Source: Candidatus Woesearchaeota archaeon (GTDB lineage Archaea; Nanobdellota; Nanobdellia; SCGC-AAA011-G17; JACPIM01). Taken from it: DNA of 64,000 nt. Each line of letters begins with the position of its first letter. Within the stretch, counting starts at the first letter, position 1. Location: contig CAZELK010000003.1 of NCBI GenBank assembly GCA_964513145.1, positions 32,001-96,000 on the forward strand, given 5' to 3'. Shown piece after piece: positions 19,891-30,560 of this stretch. Both the position numbers and the translations under genes were made by a program. Under the pieces are notes generated by a model that was given only the letters and a program-made list of their open reading frames with translations, made no database searches and was not told the origin of the DNA.

Positions 19891-20856
19891 ATGATTTGTT
19901 TAGGCATTGAGGGAACTAGTCATACATTTGGTTGTGGAATTGTGACTAGCAAGAAAAAGATTCTTTCTGATGTTAGAGATATGCATACGACTGAAGAAGG
20001 AGGAATTATACCAGTTATTGCAGCAGAACACCATAAAAAAATAGCTAAACAAGTAATTGAAAAAGCAATTTTGGAAGCGAGATATCCAAAAATAGATTTA
20101 ATTAGTTTTTCAAGAAGTCCGGGATTACCGCCGAGCCTGCATGAAACTAGAAAAATTGCATTGGAATTAGCAAAAGAAATGAATTTGCCAGTTATTGGCG
20201 TTAACCATGTTGCTTCGCATTTAAGTTCTGCTCATTTTCATACTAATGTTAAAGACCCAGTATATCTTTTTGTTTCTGGAGCAAATACACAATTATTAAT
20301 TTTAGAAAATAAGAAATTTCATATTATTGGAGAGTCTTTAGATATTGCAATAGGAAATGCTTTAGACAAATTTGCAAGAGAAATTGGCTTGGGTTTTCCA
20401 GGCGGACCAAAAATTGAGGAACTAGCAAAAAATGGTTCTTATGTTGGCTTGCCTTATTTAGTGAAAGGAATGGATTTGAGTTTTTCCGGCATAGTAACTT
20501 ATCTTACAAATTTGTATAAGAAAAATTTTAAAAAAGAAGATTTATGTTTTTCTTTTCAAGAAACTTGTTTTGCTATGCTAACAGAAGTAGCTGAAAGGGC
20601 TATGGCAAACTGCGATAAAAAAGAATTAGTTTTAATTGGGGGAGTAGCTGCAAATAAAAGATTAAAGGAAATGTTAAATATCATGTGCAATGAAAGAAAG
20701 TCGAAATTTTATTCTGTTCCATTGAAATATAGCGGGGATCATGGCGCAATGATTGCTTATCAAGGTATTTTGGAATATAATTCAACTAAGAAAGTAAATA
20801 CAGAAATAAATCCTTATGAAAGAGTTGATCAAATAACTGCTAACTGGAAATATTAG
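19891..20856 (+). CDS. kae1: tRNA N6-threonylcarbamoyltransferase Kae1/TsaD
   Basis: GIEGTSH, NHVASH, VSGANT and GGVAAN motifs. Confidence 0.95.
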   Translation: MICLGIEGTSHTFGCGIVTSKKKILSDVRDMHTTEEGGIIPVIAAEHHKKIAKQVIEKAILEARYPKIDLISFSRSPGLPPSLHETRKIALELAKEMNLPVIGVNHVASHLSSAHFHTNVKDPVYLFVSGANTQLLILENKKFHIIGESLDIAIGNALDKFAREIGLGFPGGPKIEELAKNGSYVGLPYLVKGMDLSFSGIVTYLTNLYKKNFKKEDLCFSFQETCFAMLTEVAERAMANCDKKELVLIGGVAANKRLKEMLNIMCNERKSKFYSVPLKYSGDHGAMIAYQGILEYNSTKKVNTEINPYERVDQITANWKY

Positions 20857-20887
20857 AACCTTTTTAATTAAAAAGCTTTACCAAAAA
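20857..20887 (+). repeat. REP-like hairpin repeat copy
   Basis: AACCTTTTT-aatt-AAAAAGCTTTACCAAAAA between convergent genes. Confidence 0.55.
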
Positions 20888-20893
20888 TTTACC

Positions 20894-21532
20894 CTAGCTT
20901 GCTTCTGCGAATTTTATTCTCAAATTTTTTAATTCCTTTTTAATTTTATTATGAATGGTTGCTGCTGAGATGTCTAATTCTTTAGCAACTTTCTTCATAC
21001 TTTTTTCTTCTTCAAAATACTTTTTAAATATATCTTTAGTTTGCGGTTCCTTGATGCTGTAATTTATACATTTTAATAATTCTTCTTTTTCTAGAATATC
21101 TACTTGCTTTTCTCTTTCTGATTCTACTATCTCTTCCAATTGAGACCAATTATTATTTGTAACATATCTATGTCTTTTTTCTTTTCTTAGCGAGTCAAGT
21201 ATTTTACTTTTTGCACATGAATAAACGTATGTTGAAAATCGGCTTTGATAATTATAATTTTCAATATTATTTATGGCTTTTAATAATCCCAGATTTCCTA
21301 TGCTTATCAAGTCTATAAAATTAATTTTACAACCTAGAAATTTATTCGCAACAGCACTAACAACCCAAAGATTATGATTTAGCAGTTTTTCTTTTATTTT
21401 TTCATCTTTTTTAGCTTTTTCTACCAATTCTTTTTCTTCTTCGTCATTTAGCCTGTGATATTTACTTATTTCATTAAAATAAATCTCAATTACATCAACA
21501 CCATTTTTTCTTTTATATTCCAATCTTTTCAT
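20894..21532 (-). CDS. Sigma-70-family-like protein (regions 1.2, 2 and 4)
   Basis: IYFNEISKYHRLNDEEEKEL (1.2), DLISIGNLGLLKA and RFSTYV (2), SMKKVAKELDISAATIHN HTH (4.2). Confidence 0.82.
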   Translation of the reverse strand: MKRLEYKRKNGVDVIEIYFNEISKYHRLNDEEEKELVEKAKKDEKIKEKLLNHNLWVVSAVANKFLGCKINFIDLISIGNLGLLKAINNIENYNYQSRFSTYVYSCAKSKILDSLRKEKRHRYVTNNNWSQLEEIVESEREKQVDILEKEELLKCINYSIKEPQTKDIFKKYFEEEKSMKKVAKELDISAATIHNKIKKELKNLRIKFAEAS

Positions 21533-21620
21533 TATTAGAAATTTAATTTTTGTATTTTAATATATTTCTATCTAGAAAGAATTTTTTATTAATAATTTTA
21601 GAATTAAAAAAATAAAAAAA

Positions 21621-21643
21621 CATAGGTAATTGGCTTGTATTTT
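21621..21643 (-). other. 3' arm of 23S flanking stem (pairs with 25047-25069)
   Basis: 23-nt inverted repeat with one mismatch. Confidence 0.85.
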
Positions 21644-21932
21644 ATTTTTGGGCTATTAGTAACTGCAAGCTGAATACGTCGCCGAAGCTTCGTACTTACA
21701 CTTCAGTCCTATCAAACTCATGTTCTTTGAGCGCCCTATATCTCTTTTCAAGTATAGCTTCCTCCTTAGATGCTTTCAGGAGTTATCTATTAGAGCGTAG
21801 CTGCTCGGCCTGCCTTGTCAGACAACCGATACACCAGAGGCTCCGAATCATTGTTCCTCTCGTACTAAATGATCCTTACCTTCAGATATTAAGCACTTCC
21901 AGTAGATATAATCCAAACTGTCTCACAACGTT

Positions 21933-22016
21933 ATGTTAAACGGGAGGAATTGAACCTCGCTTCGGCAAATACATAGAGATGTTTTAATTTGCTTATGTAT
22001 TTGCTTACAACCGTTG
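21933..22016 (-). other. 23S intron, 84 nt (about E. coli 2588/2589)
   Basis: Relaxed BHB: GUUA/UAAC central helix, bulges AG|C and AU|A, inner helix AACGG/CCGUU. Confidence 0.88.
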
Positions 22017-22070
22017 CTTAACCCAGCTCACGAACCATTTTAATGGGTGAACACCCCCACCCTTGGCTGC

Positions 22071-22256
22071 CTACAGTTCGAAGGACAATTCGTGAAAATA
22101 GTTTTCCTTAAAGTCAAAATATTAGTGATTAATTTAATATAGTTCTAAATAGTTCTCAAATTAACATACTAATTTTTAGACTTCTAAGTAATAGATATCG
22201 GAAATAAAAGACATTTTGACTTGAAAAACTATTGTTCGTATGATTGTCCTTCGACA
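22071..22256 (-). other. 23S intron, 186 nt (H91 loop, about 2534/2535)
   Basis: GCAG/CUGU helix, bulges AA|U and AG|G, long inner hairpin; splicing gives a GUGCAGAAGC loop. Confidence 0.85.
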
Positions 22257-22269
22257 TTCTGCACAGCCA

Positions 22270-22301
22270 CTATATTGATACAAGAATTAACTTTATATCA
22301 T
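22270..22301 (-). other. 23S intron, 32 nt (about 2521/2522)
   Basis: Strict BHB: AUAU/AUAU helix, bulges CC|A and AG|U, inner UGAUAUAA/UUGUAUCA. Confidence 0.9.
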
Positions 22302-22373
22302 GGATATGGTGAGCCGACGTCGAAGTAGCAAACAGCGCCATCGATATGAGCTCTTAGGCGCTACGACTCAGTT

Positions 22374-22410
22374 CTAGGGATCTAAGAGAAAATTTTTGAT
22401 CTCTAAGATT
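22374..22410 (-). other. 23S intron, 37 nt (about U2449/A2450)
   Basis: GGGG/CCCU helix, bulges AU|A and AG|A, 10-bp inner helix with one mismatch. Confidence 0.88.
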
Positions 22411-22914
22411 ATCCCCGAGATAGCTTTTCTGTCATACCTAGCCCCTATTAATAAGGACATAGGGGTTCGCTAGACCAGACTTTCGTCTCTGGATTTTTTA
22501 ATAGTCAAAATCCAGTCAGGCCAACTTTTGCTCTTGCACTCTTCAGAAGATTTCCAAACTTCTTGAGTTGACCTTAGGGCCCTGTTGATATCTTTTCAAC
22601 AGGGTGCCGCCCCAGCCAAACTGTCCAACTGCTGCTGTCCCAACTTTCGTTGGTAAGTAACATAAATTCTACAGAGTGGTATTTCAATTTTGTCTATCCT
22701 TAACCTAGCAGCTAAGGCATAGCGACTACCACCTATACTACACAGTAGAACATATATCACAACAACAGTCTACAGTAAAGTTCTACGGGGTCTTTTCTTC
22801 CCGCTGGAAGTCTCTGGCCTGCACACCAGAAGGGTATTTTCAGTGGATACTAACTAGGGACAGTGCGGATCTCGTTACGCCATTCATGCGCGTCGTCATT
22901 CAAACGACAAGGTA

Positions 22915-23053
22915 CAACGATATCATTAATCTCATTTCTCAGATTCAACTTTTCAGTTCAAAATGTGAAAGATATTTTTTGTTTAACAAACCCAAGGCAA
23001 TTCTCTTAGATGAATGGCTTTTTCATCAAAATCTATAGCGAGATTAATGATAA
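22915..23053 (-). other. 23S intron, 139 nt (about A1938/U1939)
   Basis: GCGA/UCGU helix, bulges AA|U and UG|U, 13-bp perfect inner helix. Confidence 0.9.
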
Positions 23054-23079
23054 TTTCGCTACCTTAAGAGAATTATAGT

Positions 23080-23111
23080 CTAGAATTGTTAAAGATTTTT
23101 CTTACAACAAA
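23080..23111 (-). other. 23S intron, 32 nt (H69 loop, about A1912/A1913)
   Basis: GGAA/UUCU helix, bulges UA|U and AG|A; splicing restores UAACUAUA. Confidence 0.9.
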
Positions 23112-23903
23112 TATTCCCGCCGTTTACAAGTCCTTAGCCTCCTTGAAAAGAGGTTTTAGATACTTGCACTGGGCAGACGTCACGTCTCATACACATCATT
23201 GCTGACTTGCGAGACGTTACGTTTTTGTTAAACAGTCGGACCCGCCTAGTCACTGCGCCCTGTAATTGCAGTTAGAAACTACAACCGCAGGGATTCCTTC
23301 TACCAAAGGTACGGAACTAAATTGCCGATTTCCCTTAGCTAGTTTACACCATCATACCTTAGGCTTCTCACCTAGAGTACCTGTGTTGGTTCTGGGTATA
23401 ATTATTCAAGATCCTTTTTAATTTCATTTTCACGGACTCCAGGCATCAACCAAATGGACCATAAGGTCCACTATTCTTAAAATTAATCAAGTTCTCACCA
23501 TTACGGTACTTCCTTGATTTGTTTTAATTAACATCCAAGACAATAGATGTTGGCTTAGCCCAAAATGTCTGAAACTAAACTTGTGTTACCACGCGTACTT
23601 GAATAGTAAAGGAATATTAACCTTTTTCCCATTCCCTAAGACCTATTAGGCCTTTGGTTAGGATTAACTTACTCTTAGCTGATTTGCATTGCTAAGAAAC
23701 CCTTACTCTTACGGTATCAGGGAGTCTTACCCTGTATTGCTCCTACTACTACCAGGATTCTCATTTTTATTAGGTCCACTATTTCTTTCGAAAAAGCTTC
23801 TACCCTAACAAAGCGCCTACCTACCACATAAGTTCTTTACTTAGTCTATAGTATCGGTAACTGATTTAGCCCCGTCCATCTTCAGGGCATATAACCTTGA
23901 CAG

Positions 23904-23946
<43 letters not shown>

Positions 23947-25046
23947 TACCTCCCTGCTGTCTCTGGTTATACACGCCTTTTACCCTTTAACACTTAATCA
24001 GTATTTAGGGACCTTAACTATAGTCTGGGTTGTTCCCCTCTCGCGATATAAGCTTAACCCACATCGCTTTTTCCTAAGGTCTCAGATGACAAAATATTCG
24101 GAGTTGGACGAAGAGGGGAGGAATTTCTTCCCCTTACCCCTAAATCCGTAGCTCTACAATTTTATCTATCTCACTTAAGACTAGACTGAGGCCTATTTCG
24201 GTAGGAACCAGCTATAACCAGTCTCGATTGGCTTTTCACCCCTAATCTAAGGTTATACAAACAGATTTACACTAGAACTGCTTCAGGCCTCCACAAGGTT
24301 TTACCCCTGCTTCACCTTACCCTAGAATAGATCGACTGGATTCGGGTAGCATCCAAGTGACTATAGGCACTTTCATACCTAACCCCTCCTTGAAAAGTGT
24401 GGGTTTTTGGTTTCCCTTCAAGTTCAAACTGAAAAGTTTTTACTTTCGCCACTTAAATGCACTCCCTGGCTCGTTATTCGAAACGCACGATACAACTCCG
24501 AAGAGCAGTATCATTCTGTATTCATTAGGTTTCAGGATCTTTTCACTCCATGTTAAAGGTTCTTTTCAACTTTCCTTCGCAGTACTCTTTGCTATCGGTC
24601 TCAAGTTATATTTAGAGTTGGAAGTTAATAGCTCCCACATTCACACCCCATATCCGAGGAGTGCTACTCTGGATACCTCGCAAGTCTATTAATCTGCTCT
24701 ACAGGACTATCACCTTCTATGATGTCTTTTTCCAAAGAACTTTGAGCAGAATTAATTAAGATCAAAAGCAAGGTCCAAACACTACATTTCTATTTTATTT
24801 CTAAAATAGATTCAGTTTGCTCTATGTCGTTTTTTCTCGCTGATACTCACGACATCTATTTGATTTCTTTTCCTCCAGGTACTAAGACGTTTCAATTCCC
24901 CAGGTTCCCAATCTTTTCAGATTTAATGAGAAGTCTCATTCAGAAATCTCCAGTTCACAAGTTGCATGCACTTCGCTGGAGCTTATCACAGCTTGCCATG
25001 TCCTTCTTCGGAACTTGAGCCAAGTCATCCACCTAATGAAGTAGGA

Positions 25047-25069
25047 AAAATACAGGCCAATTACCTATG
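25047..25069 (-). other. 5' arm of 23S flanking stem
   Basis: Inverted repeat of 21621-21643. Confidence 0.85.
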
Positions 25070-25132
25070 CACGGAACTATATAAAAATAATTCCCTTGAC
25101 CCAAAAAAATTTCTTTTTCTGAGCTGCATTTT

Positions 25133-25161
25133 AAACTTTTTAAAAAAAGTTTAATCAAAAA
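25133..25161 (+). repeat. REP-like hairpin repeat copy in the tRNA-Ala/23S spacer
   Basis: AAACTTTTT-aaa-AAAAGTTTAATCAAAAA. Confidence 0.6.
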
Positions 25162-25217
25162 TAAGAACCGAGGTTCTTTTCAACTCCTAAAAGTTGATTA
25201 TATTTTTGAATATGAAA

Positions 25218-25364
25218 TGGACCCGTCGGGATGTTCATTACTTTTAATTTCTCAAAAGTTTATTTTGAACCCGAGGCCCCTGCCTTGCAAGGGCAGTGCT
25301 CTATTGCCCCAAACTTTGTAAAAAGTTTTGATCAAATTATTTGACCAGACTGAGCTACGGGCCC
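25218..25364 (-). tRNA. tRNA-Ala(UGC) with two non-canonical introns (D-loop about 25303-25343, 41 nt; T-loop 59/60 at 25232-25263, 32 nt)
   Basis: GGGCCCG/CGGGUCC acceptor with G3-U70; UGC anticodon; T-loop intron forms a BHB (UUCA/UGAA helix, bulges AAA and CAU); CCA not encoded. Confidence 0.92.
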
Positions 25365-25379
25365 ATTTATTTAATTGAA

Positions 25380-25410
25380 ATATGTAGGTTATTATGCATC
25401 TAGTAAAAAA
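25380..25410 (-). other. 3' arm of 16S processing stem (pairs with about 26991-27022), with relaxed BHB-like interruption
   Basis: AUAUGUAGGU/ACCUACAUAU and AUCUAGUAAAAA/UUUUUACUAGAU helices around an 8x8 interior segment. Confidence 0.75.
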
Positions 25411-25414
25411 ATAA

Positions 25415-26958
<1,544 letters not shown>

Positions 26959-27160
26959 TAATCGCAAGACTTTTATGAAAATAAAAGATCTTTTTACTAG
27001 ATTCTGCGCGACCTACATATTTGCATCATACTTAATGAAAATTAAGTACTCATAGACCCATATGTTTATCATTGAAATCAAAACATATGGCTTCAATTTA
27101 TGAATAGAATTGTGAATATTATCTTTAAGCCGCCATGAAAATTTTTAATCAAATTACTTC

Positions 27161-27168
27161 TATATAAA
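27161..27168 (-). promoter_or_regulatory. Likely TATA box of the rRNA operon
   Basis: TTTATATA on the minus strand with an A-rich BRE, about 200 nt upstream of 16S. Confidence 0.5.
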
Positions 27169-27246
27169 TGTTTCTTTTTAAATGGCTTTGGTGATATAAA
27201 ATTCTTATAGCTGTTTAACTTGCAGATTAACGAAGTGATTATTGGT

Positions 27247-28446
27247 TCAAAACTCAATTAATTTTCTTTGGCTTTTTTTATTTTTTAATAAAATACTTTT
27301 ATTTGTTATTTTATTTATACTAAATTTTAATCTTTCCTGCATATTATTTAATGCTTCTTTTAAATTATTAAATTTTAAGGGTGGTTTTTTGAATGAGTTT
27401 CTAGTTACTTCTCTTAAAATGCCGACGCCTAACTGAGCCCAATAATCACCTATTTCTCTTATTATTAAAATCCCAGCCTGCCTTTTTATTTGATTTAAAT
27501 ATTCGCAAGCAGCTAATCTATTTGCATAATATGCTCCTGTAACATCAAAGGCATATTTCTTTTTGCCTTCGTAACCTTCATAATCCTGCCAAAAATAATT
27601 ATCATCTAAACCAGGCAGCTTTATTTCTATTACTTCAAAAGACCATTCATTTGGGAATAAAATAATTTCATAATGATTTTCTAGATAAGTATCATGAAAA
27701 ACTAGAATCTCACTTAACCATTGATAATCTTTGATTTTTTCTGTTAAATCTTTTGATATTAAAGTATCAACTGCTGTGATGCTCCATTTTGTCGGAACTA
27801 ATTTTCTTTGCTCCACGATTCCAAGCAAGCCAGATGATAATATTTTTACTAAGTAACTTATATTGAAACCTTTTTTGTAAAGCTCTAAAATACTTTCTTT
27901 TGATTTTACGTCTTTACTGAAAACAGCTTTTTCGACTGGCTTTTCTATTTTAATATTTTCAGTTATTACTGCTTTTCTTAATGGTGCGGGATTAGACATT
28001 GGGACTGATTTAGAATCAAAAATAATGTTGAAATCTGGTTTTCTGTCCAAATAAAACTCAACATCAACTGATTTTTTACTCATTGAAACTTCCTGCATAA
28101 CTTCCAATAATTTATTTTTACTTTTAATATTGCTTTTAAAGCGAGAATATATCATTGAACTTCTTCTAGACAGAATATCCTGGATTTCTAATTTTTCCCT
28201 AAACCAGTCTTCAGGGTTGCTTAAATTACCTGAATCTTCTTTATATTCTATTGGGGAAATTATTCCAGTAAATATATTTGGATAATTATATTCGCCTACA
28301 AAAATATCTGGCGGTGTGTTTCCTAAAAATTCCAGATTAAATGTTTTTGGAGAGAACTTTTTAGTTATTTCTTTAAATGGACAAAAACCATCTTTTAAAT
28401 AAGGATGCTTTCCATTACAAGACTGACATAAATAACCCATTTTCAT
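27247..28446 (-). CDS. nreA: Archaeal DNA repair protein NreA
   Basis: N-terminal CxxC, PPDIFVGEYNYP, GAYYANRLA, C-terminal PIP box QRKLIEF. Confidence 0.9.
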   Translation of the reverse strand: MKMGYLCQSCNGKHPYLKDGFCPFKEITKKFSPKTFNLEFLGNTPPDIFVGEYNYPNIFTGIISPIEYKEDSGNLSNPEDWFREKLEIQDILSRRSSMIYSRFKSNIKSKNKLLEVMQEVSMSKKSVDVEFYLDRKPDFNIIFDSKSVPMSNPAPLRKAVITENIKIEKPVEKAVFSKDVKSKESILELYKKGFNISYLVKILSSGLLGIVEQRKLVPTKWSITAVDTLISKDLTEKIKDYQWLSEILVFHDTYLENHYEIILFPNEWSFEVIEIKLPGLDDNYFWQDYEGYEGKKKYAFDVTGAYYANRLAACEYLNQIKRQAGILIIREIGDYWAQLGVGILREVTRNSFKKPPLKFNNLKEALNNMQERLKFSINKITNKSILLKNKKSQRKLIEF

Positions 28447-28513
28447 GTATTAGTTAAATAAATATATAATAATTTTGCAATAAGCTTATAATTTAGTTTA
28501 ATTTCATTCTTTT

Positions 28514-28735
28514 ATGTTAGACAGATTAAAAGAAACTTGTAATTCTTTGAAAACAGCTTATGATTTGGGTTGTGAAAGACAGAAATCTCTTTTAGAAATC
28601 ACTATTATAAATGGAGATAATAAACTTTCTTCTGAAGAAGCTTGCCGTAGAATTAAAGAATTAGACCTTATTTATATTAACCTTAATATTTTAGAAAAAA
28701 TAGCTTTTGATTTTGGGTGCATGGAAGAATATTAA
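28514..28735 (+). CDS. Hypothetical protein
   Basis: 73-aa ORF. Confidence 0.45.
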   Translation: MLDRLKETCNSLKTAYDLGCERQKSLLEITIINGDNKLSSEEACRRIKELDLIYINLNILEKIAFDFGCMEEY

Positions 28736-28889
28736 TTATTATTTTTTATCTGTAATATATTTCTTTTTTAGCAAGAGCATTTTGTCTTAAAAAAGGCTGA
28801 GCAGTTCATTGTAATTGAAATAAATTTAACTTATGAAAATTAAGATTTTTGGAGAGAGAAACTTTTGAATTTTGATGAGGATATGAGTT

Positions 28890-29153
28890 TTAAATAGCGC
28901 CAGCCATAATTCTATAATTGTGTTTTTTTATTAAGTCTTCCAAGGCTATTCTTTTCTCTTCGCCTAATTCTCTTTTGGCTTCTTCATCAAAATTTATAGT
29001 AATAATTTTATCCTGACCATTTGTTTCCATAACTTTTAGAAATTTTCCAATTAAGCCATCGTAATCAGTTTTACATGATTTTACTTTAGCTGTACCAGAA
29101 TTATAAACATTATACCTTCCATGCTCGTATTTTATTTTGAAGTCAAAATCCAT
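28890..29153 (-). CDS. Hypothetical protein
   Basis: 87-aa ORF. Confidence 0.55.
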   Translation of the reverse strand: MDFDFKIKYEHGRYNVYNSGTAKVKSCKTDYDGLIGKFLKVMETNGQDKIITINFDEEAKRELGEEKRIALEDLIKKHNYRIMAGAI

Positions 29154-29186
29154 CTTAAATTTTCCATAGTTTTTATTTATAAATCT

Positions 29187-30503
29187 TTACTTTATAATTA
29201 GTTTTTTTTGTTCCTTAACTGCTGAGGGTGCTTCACCACCATGCCAACTTTTTTTTGGGTGAACTTGTATCTGATAAATTCTTTCTGAATTATCATCAAG
29301 CAATATCCCAGCACCCCTATATTTTGGAAGATTATTTATTTGAGTAGCAAGATCAGATATTAAATAAGACTGCATGATTGTGTTTAGAGCTTCAATATCT
29401 TTTTTTGCAGTTAGTCTATGGGCTAAAACTATATCTGCCTGAGTTAGCGCGTCTTTTATTATTTCACCAGGCTGCTGTGTAATTAATATTAATGAAATAC
29501 CTGGCTGACGGCCTTCTCTTATGACTCTTGTCAATGTTTCTGTTGCCGGAGTCTTTTCATCTTTTGACAGAAATTCTTGAATTTCATCGATTACAATCCA
29601 GACTAAAGGTTCTTCTTGTTTTCTTTCTTCTTCAAAATATTCACTTTGGAATTCAATGTTTTCTATTTCTTCAAATTTTCTTGAAATAATTCTTTCCTCC
29701 AAAATTTTTCTGGAAATTAATGATATTACCAATGCCTTAATCCTTGTATTTCCAGTTATGTTAGTATATGAACTTATATCAATAACTGAAACTTTTCCAG
29801 GTCCAATAATCTCTTTTATTTTAGTTCCTCTTTCACTAAACAAGCCCCATTTATCAGATGTTAGAAACCTGTTTTCCAGAGCGATTTTTACTTCAGAATT
29901 GATTTTTTTAGATTCTTTTATTTCTTTAACAATATCCTTAATCGAGAAATCATCTTGTTTTTCCTTTAAATCTAAAATTGTTGTTTCCAATGCGACACCC
30001 ATTGACTCTGTTATTTTAATTTCAAAAACTTCGCACCAATCATTTGCATTTAATTCTGAAGTTCTTATTGAAAAACTAAAATCTGCAGGAATCTTATTTT
30101 CTTTATATTTATTATAAAAACCTTCTGGAACATACAAGTCAATTGGAATTGATTCTGCCCTTAAATTCCATTCTTCTAATAATGACTCCTGTATTTTATT
30201 TGGAAACTTCATTGTCCAGAAAATCCCCATTGTATCAAAAAATAAAACAGAAATATTTTTTTTAACATCTTCCTGTAATGTAGAAATTTCTTCTGCGATA
30301 ATAGACGAACTGTAGGATTTCCCAGATCCTTTTTTGCCGACTATTAGGATTGTATGGGTTTTGGCAACATCTAAATAAATATTATTTGACAAGGAAATAT
30401 TTTGACCTATCTGGACATATTGTTTTCCTAGAAAAATAAGTCCTTTATTACCAAACTTTTTTTTGTCTTCTTCATTTCTTCCAATTATTATGTCAAAAAC
30501 CAT
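29187..30503 (-). CDS. HerA/FtsK-like ATPase (DUF87)
   Basis: GKKGSGKS, IVIDEIQE, REGRQPG and ITQQP. Confidence 0.88.
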   Translation of the reverse strand: MVFDIIIGRNEEDKKKFGNKGLIFLGKQYVQIGQNISLSNNIYLDVAKTHTILIVGKKGSGKSYSSSIIAEEISTLQEDVKKNISVLFFDTMGIFWTMKFPNKIQESLLEEWNLRAESIPIDLYVPEGFYNKYKENKIPADFSFSIRTSELNANDWCEVFEIKITESMGVALETTILDLKEKQDDFSIKDIVKEIKESKKINSEVKIALENRFLTSDKWGLFSERGTKIKEIIGPGKVSVIDISSYTNITGNTRIKALVISLISRKILEERIISRKFEEIENIEFQSEYFEEERKQEEPLVWIVIDEIQEFLSKDEKTPATETLTRVIREGRQPGISLILITQQPGEIIKDALTQADIVLAHRLTAKKDIEALNTIMQSYLISDLATQINNLPKYRGAGILLDDNSERIYQIQVHPKKSWHGGEAPSAVKEQKKLIIK

Positions 30504-30560
30504 CTTTTTTAATTTGTTTTTATTAGACAGACTTAAATATTAATTTATCGATTTAAATTT

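Noticed and set aside
21540-21620. 5S rRNA downstream of 23S
   Set aside because: The segment is short and AT-rich with no 5S-like sequence; 5S is probably unlinked
22930-22975. Second (D-box) guide in the 139-nt 23S intron
   Set aside because: No convincing complementary target found in 16S, 23S or the tRNAs by eye
21933-23111. Group I/II introns or homing endonuclease genes in 23S
   Set aside because: Inserts are 32-186 nt, contain no ORF or catalytic-core elements, and have BHB-type junctions
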